From NCBI GenBank assembly GCA_963848075.1, contig CAWKCB010000004.1, forward strand, positions 1,270,376 through 1,334,375: DNA of 64,000 nt. Direction: 5' to 3'. This stretch comes from an uncultured Bacteroidota bacterium (lineage in GTDB: Bacteria; Bacteroidota; Rhodothermia; Rhodothermales; Rubricoccaceae). Position numbers and translations under genes: made by a program. Below, in pieces: positions 15,883 to 24,796 of the stretch. Positions within the stretch are counted from its first letter, which is position 1. Each line of letters opens with the position of its first letter. The notes beneath the pieces were generated by a model. It did not search any database, was not told the origin of the DNA, and saw only the letters and a program-made list of their open reading frames with translations.

Positions 15883-16467
15883 CTACCCCTCCCCTCCCAC
15901 CTCGTAGACCGTGACCGGCGGGCCCGAGGCCGGATCGAACCGGCAGCCCGCCTCGACGCCGACGGCCGCCAGCGCGCCCGCGTCGAGCGCGCCGGCCTCG
16001 ACCTCGGGCCACCGCGCGTGCATCGCGCCGAGCGCGAACGAGGCGCCCGAGCCCATCGCCCAGAACCGCGTGAACTCGTGGACCTCGCGCATGTCGTAGA
16101 CGCCGAAGATGCCCGTCGGCGCGGCGACGAGCAGCGAGACCTGGGTGCTCTCGTACGGGTCGCCCTCCTGGTCCGTCTCCGGGTTGAGGTAGTACTCGTC
16201 CTTCAGGATCGGGTGGAGCGCGCGGAACGTCTCGAAGAGGCCGCGCCGCGAGGTCAGGTCGGCGTCCTCGAACCGCTCCAGCGCGTCTTGCAACACCAGG
16301 TGGTGCGCCGTGAACCCGACGATCCCGACGTAGGCGTCGCCGATCCGGACCACCTTCTCCCCGGCCGCGTCGAGGTCGGGCGGCAGGCGGAGCCCGTCGA
16401 ACGAGGTGAGCGCGTCGGACGCGATGGCGACGCCGGTCGCGGTCCGGGTGGCGGTGAGGGTGGACAT
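15883..16467 (-). CDS. HslV-like / proteasome beta-type Ntn hydrolase family protein (orphan)
   Basis: MSTLTATRTATGVAIASD ... EKVVRIGDAYVGIVGF ... WAMGSGASFALGA parallels HslV (TTIVSV ... KKVRRL ... AIGSGGPYA). No hslU is adjacent. Confidence 0.65.
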   Translation of the reverse strand: MSTLTATRTATGVAIASDALTSFDGLRLPPDLDAAGEKVVRIGDAYVGIVGFTAHHLVLQDALERFEDADLTSRRGLFETFRALHPILKDEYYLNPETDQEGDPYESTQVSLLVAAPTGIFGVYDMREVHEFTRFWAMGSGASFALGAMHARWPEVEAGALDAGALAAVGVEAGCRFDPASGPPVTVYEVGGEG

Positions 16468-16569
16468 GGGGGCGTGCGGGGTGGAACGTGCGACGTGGAA
16501 CGTGTCCGACGCACGGAGGAGAGCGGCAACCTCTCAACGCCGCACGTTCAACACCGGACGTTCAACGTC

Positions 16570-17949
16570 TCACAGGTACAGCAGCGTCGCCGTGACGAAG
16601 AAGATGGTCAGGCCCAAGATGTCGTTCGAGACCGTGATGAACGGGCCCATCGCCAGGGCCGGGTCGATGCCGACGCGGTTGAGCACGAGCGGGACCGTCG
16701 CCCCGATGAGCGTCGAGAGCACGATGACGATCTGGAGCGACAGCGCCGCCGTGATCGCGAGCTGGCCCGTGTCGTCGCCGAAGCCGGACACCAGGACGAT
16801 CAGCGCCAGCGCCGCCGCCAGCACGGCCCCGTTCAAGAGCGCGACGGCCAGCTCCTTCCCGATCCGCCGGGCCAGGTCGCCCCGCCACAGGTCGCCCGAG
16901 GCCAGGCCCTGCACCGCGATCGCCGACGACTGGATGCCCGCGTTGCCGGCCATCGCCATCACGATGGGGATGAACAGCGCGAGCACGGGGGCCACCTGCA
17001 GCGCCTCCTCGAACCCGACGATGACCAGGCCGGACACGTAGGCGCCGACGAGCCCCAGCAGCAGCCACACCAGCCGGCCCCGCGAGACGGCGAACACGCT
17101 CGACGACAGCTCCTCCTCGCCCGTGATGCCGACGGCCCGCTGCAAGTCCTCCTCGGCCTCCTCGCGGATCACGTTCATCACGTCGTCGATCGTGATCCGG
17201 CCGAGCAGCCGGCCGCCGGCCGAGACGACGGGGAGCGCGACCAGGTCGTACCGCTCCATGATCCGGGCGACGTCCTCCTGGTCGAGGTCGGGCTCGACCG
17301 ACACGATGTCCGTCTCGGCGATCTCGGAGACGGGCGTGTCGGCCGGGGACAGCAGGAGCCGCTTGAGCGGGACGACGCCCGCCAGCCGGTCGTCGGCGTC
17401 GACGGCATAGACGGCGAACACGGGGTCGACGGCGTCGGCGTTGGCGCGGACGGCCTCGGTCGCCTCCGCCACGGTCGCCGTGAGCGGGACGGCCACCACC
17501 TCGGTCGCCATCAGCCCGCCGGCCGTGTCGTCGGCGTAGCTCAGCAGCGCCTCGATGTCGACGGCGTCCTCGAGCTGGACGAGCACGTCGTCGGCCTGGG
17601 TGACGTCGACGTCGGCGAGCACGTCGGCCTGGTCGTCGGACGCGAGCGGGTCGATGAGCGTGACCAGCTCGGTCGTGCTCAGGCCGTCCAGGAGGTCGAC
17701 CCGCTCGGCGCTCTCGAGCTCGGGCAGCGTCCGGCTCGTGACGTCGTCGGGGAGCCAGCGGAACGCGACCCGGGCCAGGTCGGGCGGGAGGTGCTGCAAC
17801 AGCGCCGCGACGTCGGCCGGCCGGAGCTCGGCGACCAGGTTGAGCACGTGGCCCCGGTGGCCGGCCTCGACCAAGTCGGCGACGACGTCGACCAAGTCGT
17901 CGTCGACGAGCGGCGAGGCGTCGGAGGAAACGGCGACGGGGTCGCTCAC
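16570..17949 (-). CDS. mgtE: magnesium transporter MgtE
   Basis: MgtE-N region, CBS pair, and TM domain with GIDPALAMGPFITVSNDILGL. GTG 17949 chosen; it forms a GTGA overlap with the rsmA stop. Confidence 0.9.
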   Translation of the reverse strand: MSDPVAVSSDASPLVDDDLVDVVADLVEAGHRGHVLNLVAELRPADVAALLQHLPPDLARVAFRWLPDDVTSRTLPELESAERVDLLDGLSTTELVTLIDPLASDDQADVLADVDVTQADDVLVQLEDAVDIEALLSYADDTAGGLMATEVVAVPLTATVAEATEAVRANADAVDPVFAVYAVDADDRLAGVVPLKRLLLSPADTPVSEIAETDIVSVEPDLDQEDVARIMERYDLVALPVVSAGGRLLGRITIDDVMNVIREEAEEDLQRAVGITGEEELSSSVFAVSRGRLVWLLLGLVGAYVSGLVIVGFEEALQVAPVLALFIPIVMAMAGNAGIQSSAIAVQGLASGDLWRGDLARRIGKELAVALLNGAVLAAALALIVLVSGFGDDTGQLAITAALSLQIVIVLSTLIGATVPLVLNRVGIDPALAMGPFITVSNDILGLTIFFVTATLLYL

Positions 17950-18941
17950 GGGCCGGGGCGGGAGGCGGCGGCGCCCAGGTGACGGGCCAAGAGGACGAAG
18001 TCGGCCGGGGAGACGGCCTCGGGGCGGAGCGTGGCGGCCCACTCGGGGACGTCGACGCCGGCGGCGCGAGCGAGCGGGCCCAGGCTGTTCCGGAGCATCT
18101 TCCGACGCTGCCCGAACGCCGCACGGACCGTCCGCTGAAGCGCCGCGAAAGGTACGTCCGGCGGCTCGGCGGACGCGAAGTCGATGGCCACCACGGCGCT
18201 CTCGACCGCGGGCGGCGGGCGGAAGCACGCGGCCGGCACGTCGAGCAGCTTCTCAGCCCGGGCGTAGAGCGCGAAGTACACCGACAGCGTCCCGTAGGTC
18301 TTCGACCCGTGCGGCGCCGCCAGCCGGTCGGCCACCTCGCGCTGGACCATCACGACGGCCCGGGCCACGACCTCGCGGGCGTCGAGCAGCGCGAACAGGA
18401 TCGGCGACGTGATGTAGTACGGCAGGTTGCCGACGACGTGGAGGCGCGGGGACCGGGGACTGGGGACCGAGGACTGAGGAGCACTGGGTAGGTCTCCTCC
18501 CCCCGTCGGGGGGAGGCCGGGAGGGGGGCGCTCGCCCGAGCCCAGCGGACGGTCCGACAGGCCCTCCCCCCGGCCCCCTCCCGGTGGCAGGGGGGGACTC
18601 TCCGGAGCGCTCGTTGCCGTCTCCGCCGCGAGCGCGCGCCAGTCGGCCTCCAGGACGTCGGCATGGCGGACGTCGAGGGCGGGGAAGCGTCGGCGGAGGT
18701 GGGCGATCGACTCCTCGTCCACTTCGAGCGCCACCAGATCCGGGTACCGGCGCAACAGGTCGCCCGTCAGCGCGCCCTCGCCAGGGCCGATCTCGACCAC
18801 CCGCGCGCCGGCCGGCGCCCCGACGGCGGCCACGATCCGGTGGATCACGCCGTCGTCGGTCAGGAAATGCTGGCCGAGGCTCTTCTTCGGGCGGACGGAC
18901 ACGTGGGGAGGTGGAGACGAGAGGACGGAGAGTAGGCCCAC
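17946..18941 (-). CDS. rsmA: 16S rRNA (adenine1518/1519-N6)-dimethyltransferase RsmA/KsgA carrying an in-frame insertion of about 60 aa
   Basis: RPKKSLGQHFL, VVEIGPGEGALT (SAM motif) and VGNLPYYITSPIL are present. 331 aa, with a P/G-rich segment (residues about 107-166) between the SAM-binding region and GNLPY. Confidence 0.9.
   Translation of the reverse strand: MGLLSVLSSPPPHVSVRPKKSLGQHFLTDDGVIHRIVAAVGAPAGARVVEIGPGEGALTGDLLRRYPDLVALEVDEESIAHLRRRFPALDVRHADVLEADWRALAAETATSAPESPPLPPGGGRGEGLSDRPLGSGERPPPGLPPTGGGDLPSAPQSSVPSPRSPRLHVVGNLPYYITSPILFALLDAREVVARAVVMVQREVADRLAAPHGSKTYGTLSVYFALYARAEKLLDVPAACFRPPPAVESAVVAIDFASAEPPDVPFAALQRTVRAAFGQRRKMLRNSLGPLARAAGVDVPEWAATLRPEAVSPADFVLLARHLGAAASRPGP
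18444..18623. repeat. repeat- and hairpin-rich element embedded in frame in rsmA
   Basis: Heptads GGGGACC GGGGACT GGGGACC GAGGACT GAGGAGC at 18448-18482. Perfect hairpin CCTCCCCCC (18496-18504) / GGGGGGAGG (18508-18516). 11-bp inverted repeat CCGGGAGGGGG (18517-18527) / CCCCCTCCCGG (18574-18584). Confidence 0.75.
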
Positions 18942-19004
18942 CCACGGCCGGGACGGGCGCTCACCCCATCCTCCACTCTCTCTTCTCCGTCCCCCGCCCT
19001 CTCC

Positions 19005-21605
19005 TCACGCCGGCGGGTGGCCACGGCGGTACCACAGCAGGCTCCCGAGCGCGAGGGCGCCGAGGTAGGCCAGGAGCGTGGAGACCCACGAGATCACCAG
19101 GCCGCGCCCCCGCGTCTGGGGCCGGTACCGCATCGTGACGATGTGGTCGCCCGCGGGGACCGGGATGCCCCGGAGGAGGAAGTCCGTGCGGACGATGGGC
19201 ACGGGGTCCTGTCCAACCTGGGCCGTCCACCCCGCCGGGTAGTAGACCTCGCTGGCGACCAACAGCCGCGGCCGGTCCGTCCGGACGTGGTAGACGACCT
19301 CGTCCGGCTCGAACCGCTCCAGCTCGACGACGACGGCGCCGGAGTCGGGTGCGGCGCCCGTCAGCGCGTCGGCCGAGGCGCCCTCGGGCAGCGGCTCCGA
19401 CACGAACGCCGTGCGGCGGAGGTCGGTCTCGGGGTCCCGGATCTGGCCGACGAGCGCGTCCTCGTCCGTCACCACGGCGACCGAGTCGACGAAGAACGCG
19501 CGCGGCAGCGTCGTCGAGTCGACGGCGACGACGAGCCCGGTCTGCTCGTCCTGGAACAACGGGGTGTAGCCCGGCACGACGCCCGGCAGGACGGTGTAGC
19601 GCGCCGACAGCAGCGAGAGCGCGTTCTGGTTGAGGCCGGTCGAGTCGTCCGGCAACAGCCGGTCGAAGTAGTCCTGGATAAGCGCCAGCTTGGCCCCGTG
19701 GTACCCGCCGATGGACTCGTAGAAGTAGGACGGGACGGCGTTCTGGGACCAGTTGGCCGGGAGCACGCGGAAGTGTCCGGGCCCGCCGGCCTCCCTCACC
19801 TGCTCGACCAAGAACTGGTCGGCCTGGGTCGGCTGAATCTGGGCCTCGATCCGCGACGTCCGCTGGAGCGCCGGGTCGTCCTCGCTGAAGTAGCGTCGGC
19901 CGACGCCCCACAGGTCGATGGTCACCAGCACGGCCAGGCCCGCGAGCGCCACCCAGGCGGGGACGCGGCGCCACAGGTACGCGGCGGCGAGCGCGAGCGC
20001 GAGCCCGAGCAGCAGCAGCGACCGGCCGGCGTCGCTCGCGAAGAGGGCTCGCCGCTCGGCCTCGGCGCCGTCGAGGTACTGGGCCGCCGCCAGGCGCACC
20101 TGGGGGTCGGCCGGCGAGAGCCCGTTCTGCTGGGCCACGGCCGCCGCGACCTGAGCCCCCTCGTCGGGCTTCTCGAACCCGAGCGGCCCGCCGCCGGTCA
20201 GCCACAGCCCGCCGACCAGGAGCGCGAGCGCGGCGCCGGTGCCCAGGACCACGCGGCGCTTGCGGAGCTCGGCCTCGGGCGTCGCCTCGCGGCGCTGGAG
20301 GTAGTACGCGCCCCACCCGGCCAGGAGCGCCAGCAGCAGGACGACCGCGGACAGCCACGTCTCGGGCACGCGGAACGCGCTGAACAGCGGCAGCACCTCG
20401 AAGGCCGGCCGGTTCAACAGGGGCAGGTTCTCGCCCAGCGAGAACAGGACCATCACGACGGCCGCGACGGTGAACGCCGCGACCGACCGCCGCGCCACGC
20501 CGACCGCGCCGACGAGCGCCAGGAAGGCCACCACCGGACCGACGTAGTGGGGGCCGGCCGTGAACGGCTTGGCCCCCCAGTACGTCGCGCCGCCCCCACC
20601 GTACGCCCCCGGGATCACCAGCGTCAGCAGCTCGCCGACGCCCTGGCTCCACGCCATCGCGTACGCCCACGTGAGCCCGCCGCCGGGCCCGGCCGACCGC
20701 GTCGTGAACGCCTTGTACTCGGCCTGGAGCAGGTACGGGTCGGCGACCATCGCGAGCGCGAGCACGGCACCGGCGCCCAGCAGCCCCGTCGAGACCGCCC
20801 ACGTCTTCGCGCGCCCGTCCCTCGCCGCCGCGACGCCCTCGGCGACCCACCAGATGACGGCGGCGATGACCACGTAGTAGGTGATCTGGACGTGGCCGGC
20901 CCGCAGGTTGGCCGCCGCCGCGATCGCGAACAGCAGCGTCAGGAAGGCGCTCATCATCTTGCCCGTCTCGGGCGTCCGTCGGATGACGGCGGCGAACGCC
21001 AGCAGGAGCCACGGCGCGAAGGCGAGCGCGATGAACTTGGTGTTGTGGCCGGCCACCAGGATGATCGGGAGGTACGTCGAGAGCCCGTAGCCGACCGCCG
21101 CGACGACGCCCGCCAGCGGGATCCGCGTGAGGTAGAACACCAGCAGGTACGTCCCGATCAGGAGCATCAGGGCGTGGGCCACCGGCCACAGGCCCGCCTT
21201 GCGGAGCGCCATCACGACCGTGTCGACGCCCGGCACGCGCGAGCCGCTCAGGATCATCGTCCCCGGCATCCCGCCGAACACGTTGGGCGCCCACTCGGGC
21301 CGGACGCCCGTCTCGGTCTCGTACTCGAGCATGGCCTCGGCCGTGGCCGCCCACTGGACCGTGTCGCCGCCGACGAGCGTCCGCCCGCCGAACGTCGTCG
21401 GGGCGAAGAAGCCGAGGGCGACGACGACCAGGAAGCCGACGCAGACGGCCTGCTGGACCCAGCCCGGCTGCCGCTCCCAGAGCGTCGTCTCGCGCGTCAC
21501 GGGACCCGCGCGGCGGACGCGGCTCCGCTGCTTCCAGACCTCGTTGCCTTCGAGGGGCGCCGGCCCCCCCGCCGCTCCGGGACGGCTCTTCCTCGACTTC
21601 GCCAT
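19005..21605 (-). CDS. YfhO-family large polytopic membrane protein
   Basis: 866 aa, many TM segments, with motifs such as VAGHNTKFIALAF and AGHVQITYY typical of Bacteroidota YfhO-like proteins as recalled. Function tentative. Confidence 0.7.
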   Translation of the reverse strand: MAKSRKSRPGAAGGPAPLEGNEVWKQRSRVRRAGPVTRETTLWERQPGWVQQAVCVGFLVVVALGFFAPTTFGGRTLVGGDTVQWAATAEAMLEYETETGVRPEWAPNVFGGMPGTMILSGSRVPGVDTVVMALRKAGLWPVAHALMLLIGTYLLVFYLTRIPLAGVVAAVGYGLSTYLPIILVAGHNTKFIALAFAPWLLLAFAAVIRRTPETGKMMSAFLTLLFAIAAAANLRAGHVQITYYVVIAAVIWWVAEGVAAARDGRAKTWAVSTGLLGAGAVLALAMVADPYLLQAEYKAFTTRSAGPGGGLTWAYAMAWSQGVGELLTLVIPGAYGGGGATYWGAKPFTAGPHYVGPVVAFLALVGAVGVARRSVAAFTVAAVVMVLFSLGENLPLLNRPAFEVLPLFSAFRVPETWLSAVVLLLALLAGWGAYYLQRREATPEAELRKRRVVLGTGAALALLVGGLWLTGGGPLGFEKPDEGAQVAAAVAQQNGLSPADPQVRLAAAQYLDGAEAERRALFASDAGRSLLLLGLALALAAAYLWRRVPAWVALAGLAVLVTIDLWGVGRRYFSEDDPALQRTSRIEAQIQPTQADQFLVEQVREAGGPGHFRVLPANWSQNAVPSYFYESIGGYHGAKLALIQDYFDRLLPDDSTGLNQNALSLLSARYTVLPGVVPGYTPLFQDEQTGLVVAVDSTTLPRAFFVDSVAVVTDEDALVGQIRDPETDLRRTAFVSEPLPEGASADALTGAAPDSGAVVVELERFEPDEVVYHVRTDRPRLLVASEVYYPAGWTAQVGQDPVPIVRTDFLLRGIPVPAGDHIVTMRYRPQTRGRGLVISWVSTLLAYLGALALGSLLWYRRGHPPA

Positions 21606-21608
21606 GGA

Positions 21609-22154
21609 CTAGGTGTGGATCGGGCGGGCGTGGGCGCGGTCGGCCTCGTGCTGGCGGAGGGCGGCGGCCGTCGCCGCCGGGAGGTCGCGGACCGAGACCG
21701 TGGTGACGCGCGCGGCGACGGTCCCCTCCGGGACCAGGATCTCGCGGACCTCGACCGTGACGTCGACGAGTGACGGGGAGCAGGCCAGCGAGAAGATGGA
21801 CGGGTCGAGCGCGCCCTCGACGCTTACGAACACGGTGTCGCCGCGGACGGCAGCCGCGAGCGGGCGCGGGGCGCGGTCGCCGCTGGGTGAGACCGCGACG
21901 GCGTCGTAGAGCACCTCGACGGCGCCGTCCGGCGTCGGGCTCGGGCTCTCGCCGACGCCCGCGCCGACGCTGACCTCGATGATGGGCGGCGCGTCGGTGA
22001 CGAACGCGACCGTCAGCGTGTCGCCGATCCCGCGGCCGTCGGCCACGAGCAGGCCGCCGGTCGTCGTCGTGCGCGACGTCTCGAACGAGCAGTCGGTGAG
22101 GGAGCACGCGCCGAGGGCGACGGTGGCCAGGAGCAGGAGGGCGAACGAGCGCAT
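21609..22154 (-). CDS. hypothetical lipoprotein
   Basis: MRSFALLLLATVALGAC lipobox. ATG 22154 chosen inside the longer ORF. The gene ends 3 nt before the yfhO-like start. Confidence 0.6.
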   Translation of the reverse strand: MRSFALLLLATVALGACSLTDCSFETSRTTTTGGLLVADGRGIGDTLTVAFVTDAPPIIEVSVGAGVGESPSPTPDGAVEVLYDAVAVSPSGDRAPRPLAAAVRGDTVFVSVEGALDPSIFSLACSPSLVDVTVEVREILVPEGTVAARVTTVSVRDLPAATAAALRQHEADRAHARPIHT

Positions 22155-22304
22155 GGCCGGCAAGATAGCCCGTGCCTGCCGCGGTCCCGCTGCCGCGCCA
22201 GTCTGTGGGGTCCGTCCCGGCATTCTCCAACCGCTCCCCCCCGCTCCCCCGACCATCGTCCCGCTCAAGGCTGGAAAGGCCGCCCCCTCGGAAGCTGACG
22301 AGGA

Positions 22305-22483
22305 GAGGCTTTCACGATCCGGCTCCCGCCCTCATGCCGTCATCCCCGCGAACGCGGGACCCGAGTCTTCGAGGACGGCGCAGCCCATCCAGGACGCCGG
22401 GGCCCGTCGGCGCTCGCGACTCTGGATCCCCGCCTGCGCGGGGATGACGGGGGCGGGGAAACGGCGCCCTCTGTGAAAGCCTC
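22305..22483. repeat. REP/MITE-like palindromic element (copy A)
   Basis: Outer inverted repeat GAGGCTTTCAC (22305-22315) / GTGAAAGCCTC (22473-22483). Inner units GTCATCCCCGCGAACGCGGGA (22339-22359) and CTCTGGATCCCCGCCTGCGCGGGGATGAC (22420-22448). Confidence 0.8.
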
Positions 22484-22532
22484 CCCCTACCAGCCCTCTG
22501 GAGGCAACCCGTCCGGGCGCGCCGGTCCGGCG

Positions 22533-23306
22533 TCAACTCACCCGTCCGTACGTCTCCAACTCGCTCGCGATCGCTGCCCGGACCTGCTCCTGAAGGTCGG
22601 CCGCGTCGGCGCGGGTTAGGCCGGCGGTCGGGATCGGCTCGCCCAGGACGAACCGGGTCTCGCCGGGTCGGGCCAGCTTGCCCACGACCGACAGCAGCCC
22701 GGCGTGGCCGACGACCGTCACCGGCACGACGGGCACGCCCGCCTCGATGGCGAGCACGAACGGCCCACGCATAAACGGGTGGAGGGCGTGGCCGTGGCTC
22801 CGCCCGCCCTCGGGGTACAGCAGGACCGAGTCGCCGCCGCGGATCCGATCGGCCACCCGGCGGAGGTCGGCGACCGAGCGACGGGCGTTGGAGCGGTCGA
22901 TGAACAGGCACGCCGTCTTCTCCAGCACCCACCCGACCATCGGCCACGCCCGGATCTCGTGCCGGGCGACGTAGAGGAACGGCCGTGGGAGGCCGAGCAT
23001 CGCCACCGGGATGTCGAGCGAGTTGACGTGGTTCGACGCGAACACGACCGGCCCGTCTGGCACCGGCGCCCGGGTCTCGACGCGGACGCGGACGCCCCAC
23101 AGCGTCAGGATGAACCGGGCCCACGGCCGCATCCAGAGCCGCAGCGTCCGCGCCGTCGGTCGGAACGCCGAGTGGAGCACGACGGCCGGGCTCATCGTCA
23201 CGGTAAAGAACGTGGCCCAGGCCAGCACCCAGCCGAACCACAGTCGGTGGGCCGGCGAGGGCGGCGGCGGGTCGACGAACAAGTGGGGTCGGTCGGGCGT
23301 GGGCAC
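22533..23306 (-). CDS. plsC: 1-acyl-sn-glycerol-3-phosphate acyltransferase
   Basis: NHVNSLD (HX4D) and LLYPEGGRS (PEGTR-like) motifs. GTG start. Confidence 0.85.
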   Translation of the reverse strand: MPTPDRPHLFVDPPPPSPAHRLWFGWVLAWATFFTVTMSPAVVLHSAFRPTARTLRLWMRPWARFILTLWGVRVRVETRAPVPDGPVVFASNHVNSLDIPVAMLGLPRPFLYVARHEIRAWPMVGWVLEKTACLFIDRSNARRSVADLRRVADRIRGGDSVLLYPEGGRSHGHALHPFMRGPFVLAIEAGVPVVPVTVVGHAGLLSVVGKLARPGETRFVLGEPIPTAGLTRADAADLQEQVRAAIASELETYGRVS

Positions 23307-23315
23307 GGGCGGAAG

Positions 23316-24116
23316 CTATCCCCGGCCCGCGTCTCGGAGCGCCCGCCGCGCCGACCGGATCAAGGCCGTCGCCGCGCCGAGCCCGCTCGTCCGGGCCGGC
23401 TCGGGGAGCGCGTCGATCACGAGCGGCGCGTCGGCGCCGGCCGCGGCGAGCGCGTCCAGGTGGGCGTCCCACCCCACGCTCCCCTCCCCGACACTCGCCC
23501 CGACCCAGCCCCCACCGGCCACGTCCCCGTCGCGAACGCCGACGCAGACGATCGGCACGACGGCGGCGACGAGCGCGGCCAGGCCGTCGGCCGGCGCCTC
23601 GCCGCTTGCCAGGGCGTCGGCCGGCCGCCAGTCGGCGCCGACCGCCGGGTGGCCGACGGCCGCGAGCCGCGCCGCCAACGCGGCGCCGGTGGCCACCTCC
23701 GTCGCCGCGTCGTTGCGGACGGCCAGCGTCAGGCCGAGCCGGGCGGCTCGGTCGCCGGCCTGCCGCAGCGCGTCCGCCGCGGCGCTGCCGTCCGAGGGCT
23801 CGGCCGCCAGCGCCCCCACGCGGACGCGGGCGCACCCGAACCGGTCGCCGAACGCGGCCACCTCGTCCAGACGGTCGACCTCGTTGAGCCACACCGCCCG
23901 CGACGCCGCGGCCCCCTCGAACAGCCCGGGGTCGAGCGCGACGACCGCCAGCTCGGCCTCGTCGAGGCGCCGCCGGAGCGGCCCCTCGGTCACGTCGGGC
24001 ACGCGCCCGCCGCCGACCGTCCGCAGCGCGACGCCGTCGAGGCCCCAGAACAGCGTCAGGCGGACCGCGCGGGCGGGGTCTCCGGTGGCCACGTCGGTCG
24101 TCCAGGCGGTCGTCAT
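23316..24116 (-). CDS. xylose isomerase-like TIM-barrel (sugar phosphate isomerase/epimerase) family protein, tentative
   Basis: 266 aa with natural composition and ATGA overlap with the upstream gene. Family call is from general resemblance only. Confidence 0.45.
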   Translation of the reverse strand: MTTAWTTDVATGDPARAVRLTLFWGLDGVALRTVGGGRVPDVTEGPLRRRLDEAELAVVALDPGLFEGAAASRAVWLNEVDRLDEVAAFGDRFGCARVRVGALAAEPSDGSAAADALRQAGDRAARLGLTLAVRNDAATEVATGAALAARLAAVGHPAVGADWRPADALASGEAPADGLAALVAAVVPIVCVGVRDGDVAGGGWVGASVGEGSVGWDAHLDALAAAGADAPLVIDALPEPARTSGLGAATALIRSARRALRDAGRG

Positions 24117-24790
24117 TGGAGGATCAGGGAGTCGGCGGGGAAGGGCCCGTCGAGGTCGGGGTCGGCGGGCGCCACGTAGCGGGCCCGCTCGGTCGTCCGC
24201 TCGACGAGGGCCCGCGCGAGGGCGACCGGGTCGAGCGCCGGGTCGAGCCGCTCGATGGCCACGCCGTCGATCTCGGCCGGCCCTTGGGGCCCCACCATGA
24301 CGACGGCGCGGACGGCGCCGCTCGGCCACAGCGAGCTCCGGATCACCTGGCGGATGCCGTCGCCGGCGGACCAGAACGCGACCTCGACGGTCCGCTCGGG
24401 CTGCGACGTCCACAGCGACCGCTCGACGAGCACGCGAGCGGCTTCGAGCACCGCCGCCGCCGCGGGCCCGTCCGCTCGCGTGCCGACGATGACCAGCTCG
24501 GAGCGGCCCAGCGGGCTCCGCCCCGGCACGAACCCGCCGACGACCGGGACGCCCAGGTCGGTCTGGTACGTCGCCACGAGCCCCCCGTCGCCGAACGGCG
24601 TCACGCCCGCGCGGACGAGCTCGCGCCGGAGGAACGCCCGTCGGGGCGTCGTGGACTGGGCCGCGGCGAGGGAGTCCGCCAGGCCCACCAGGGCGCGGGG
24701 CGAGACGGTGACCGCCGGGCCAGACGGCAGGGGGTCGGGACCGGCGCACGCCGAGACGGCGAGAGCGGAGGCCAGCAGGAGGACGCGCAT
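24113..24790 (-). CDS. hypothetical lipoprotein (M28-peptidase-like core without obvious metal ligands)
   Basis: MRVLLLASALAVSAC lipobox, with ATG 24790 preferred over GTG 24796. VIVGTRADGPAAAAVLEAARVL ... VEVAFWSAGDG weakly recalls the M28 fold. Confidence 0.55.
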   Translation of the reverse strand: MRVLLLASALAVSACAGPDPLPSGPAVTVSPRALVGLADSLAAAQSTTPRRAFLRRELVRAGVTPFGDGGLVATYQTDLGVPVVGGFVPGRSPLGRSELVIVGTRADGPAAAAVLEAARVLVERSLWTSQPERTVEVAFWSAGDGIRQVIRSSLWPSGAVRAVVMVGPQGPAEIDGVAIERLDPALDPVALARALVERTTERARYVAPADPDLDGPFPADSLILQ

Positions 24791-24796
24791 GGGCAC

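Noticed and set aside
15925-15945. GGATCGAACC-like string reminiscent of a tRNA T-arm
   Set aside because: It lies inside the HslV-like coding sequence with no acceptor or anticodon arm context. No tRNA-like cloverleaf was found anywhere in the window by eye.
17950-18228. 93-codon N-terminal extension of mgtE in the track ORF
   Set aside because: The extension overlaps the 3' end of rsmA in another frame and is R/P/G-rich. GTG 17949 gives a normal-length MgtE of about 459 aa with a GTGA overlap to the rsmA stop.
18961-22230. 1089-aa minus-strand ORF and the 918-aa plus-strand ORF at 19017-21773
   Set aside because: They are a frame-shifted and an antisense shadow of the YfhO-like membrane protein gene (19005-21605). 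Both are R/P/G-rich with no hydrophobic helices or motifs.
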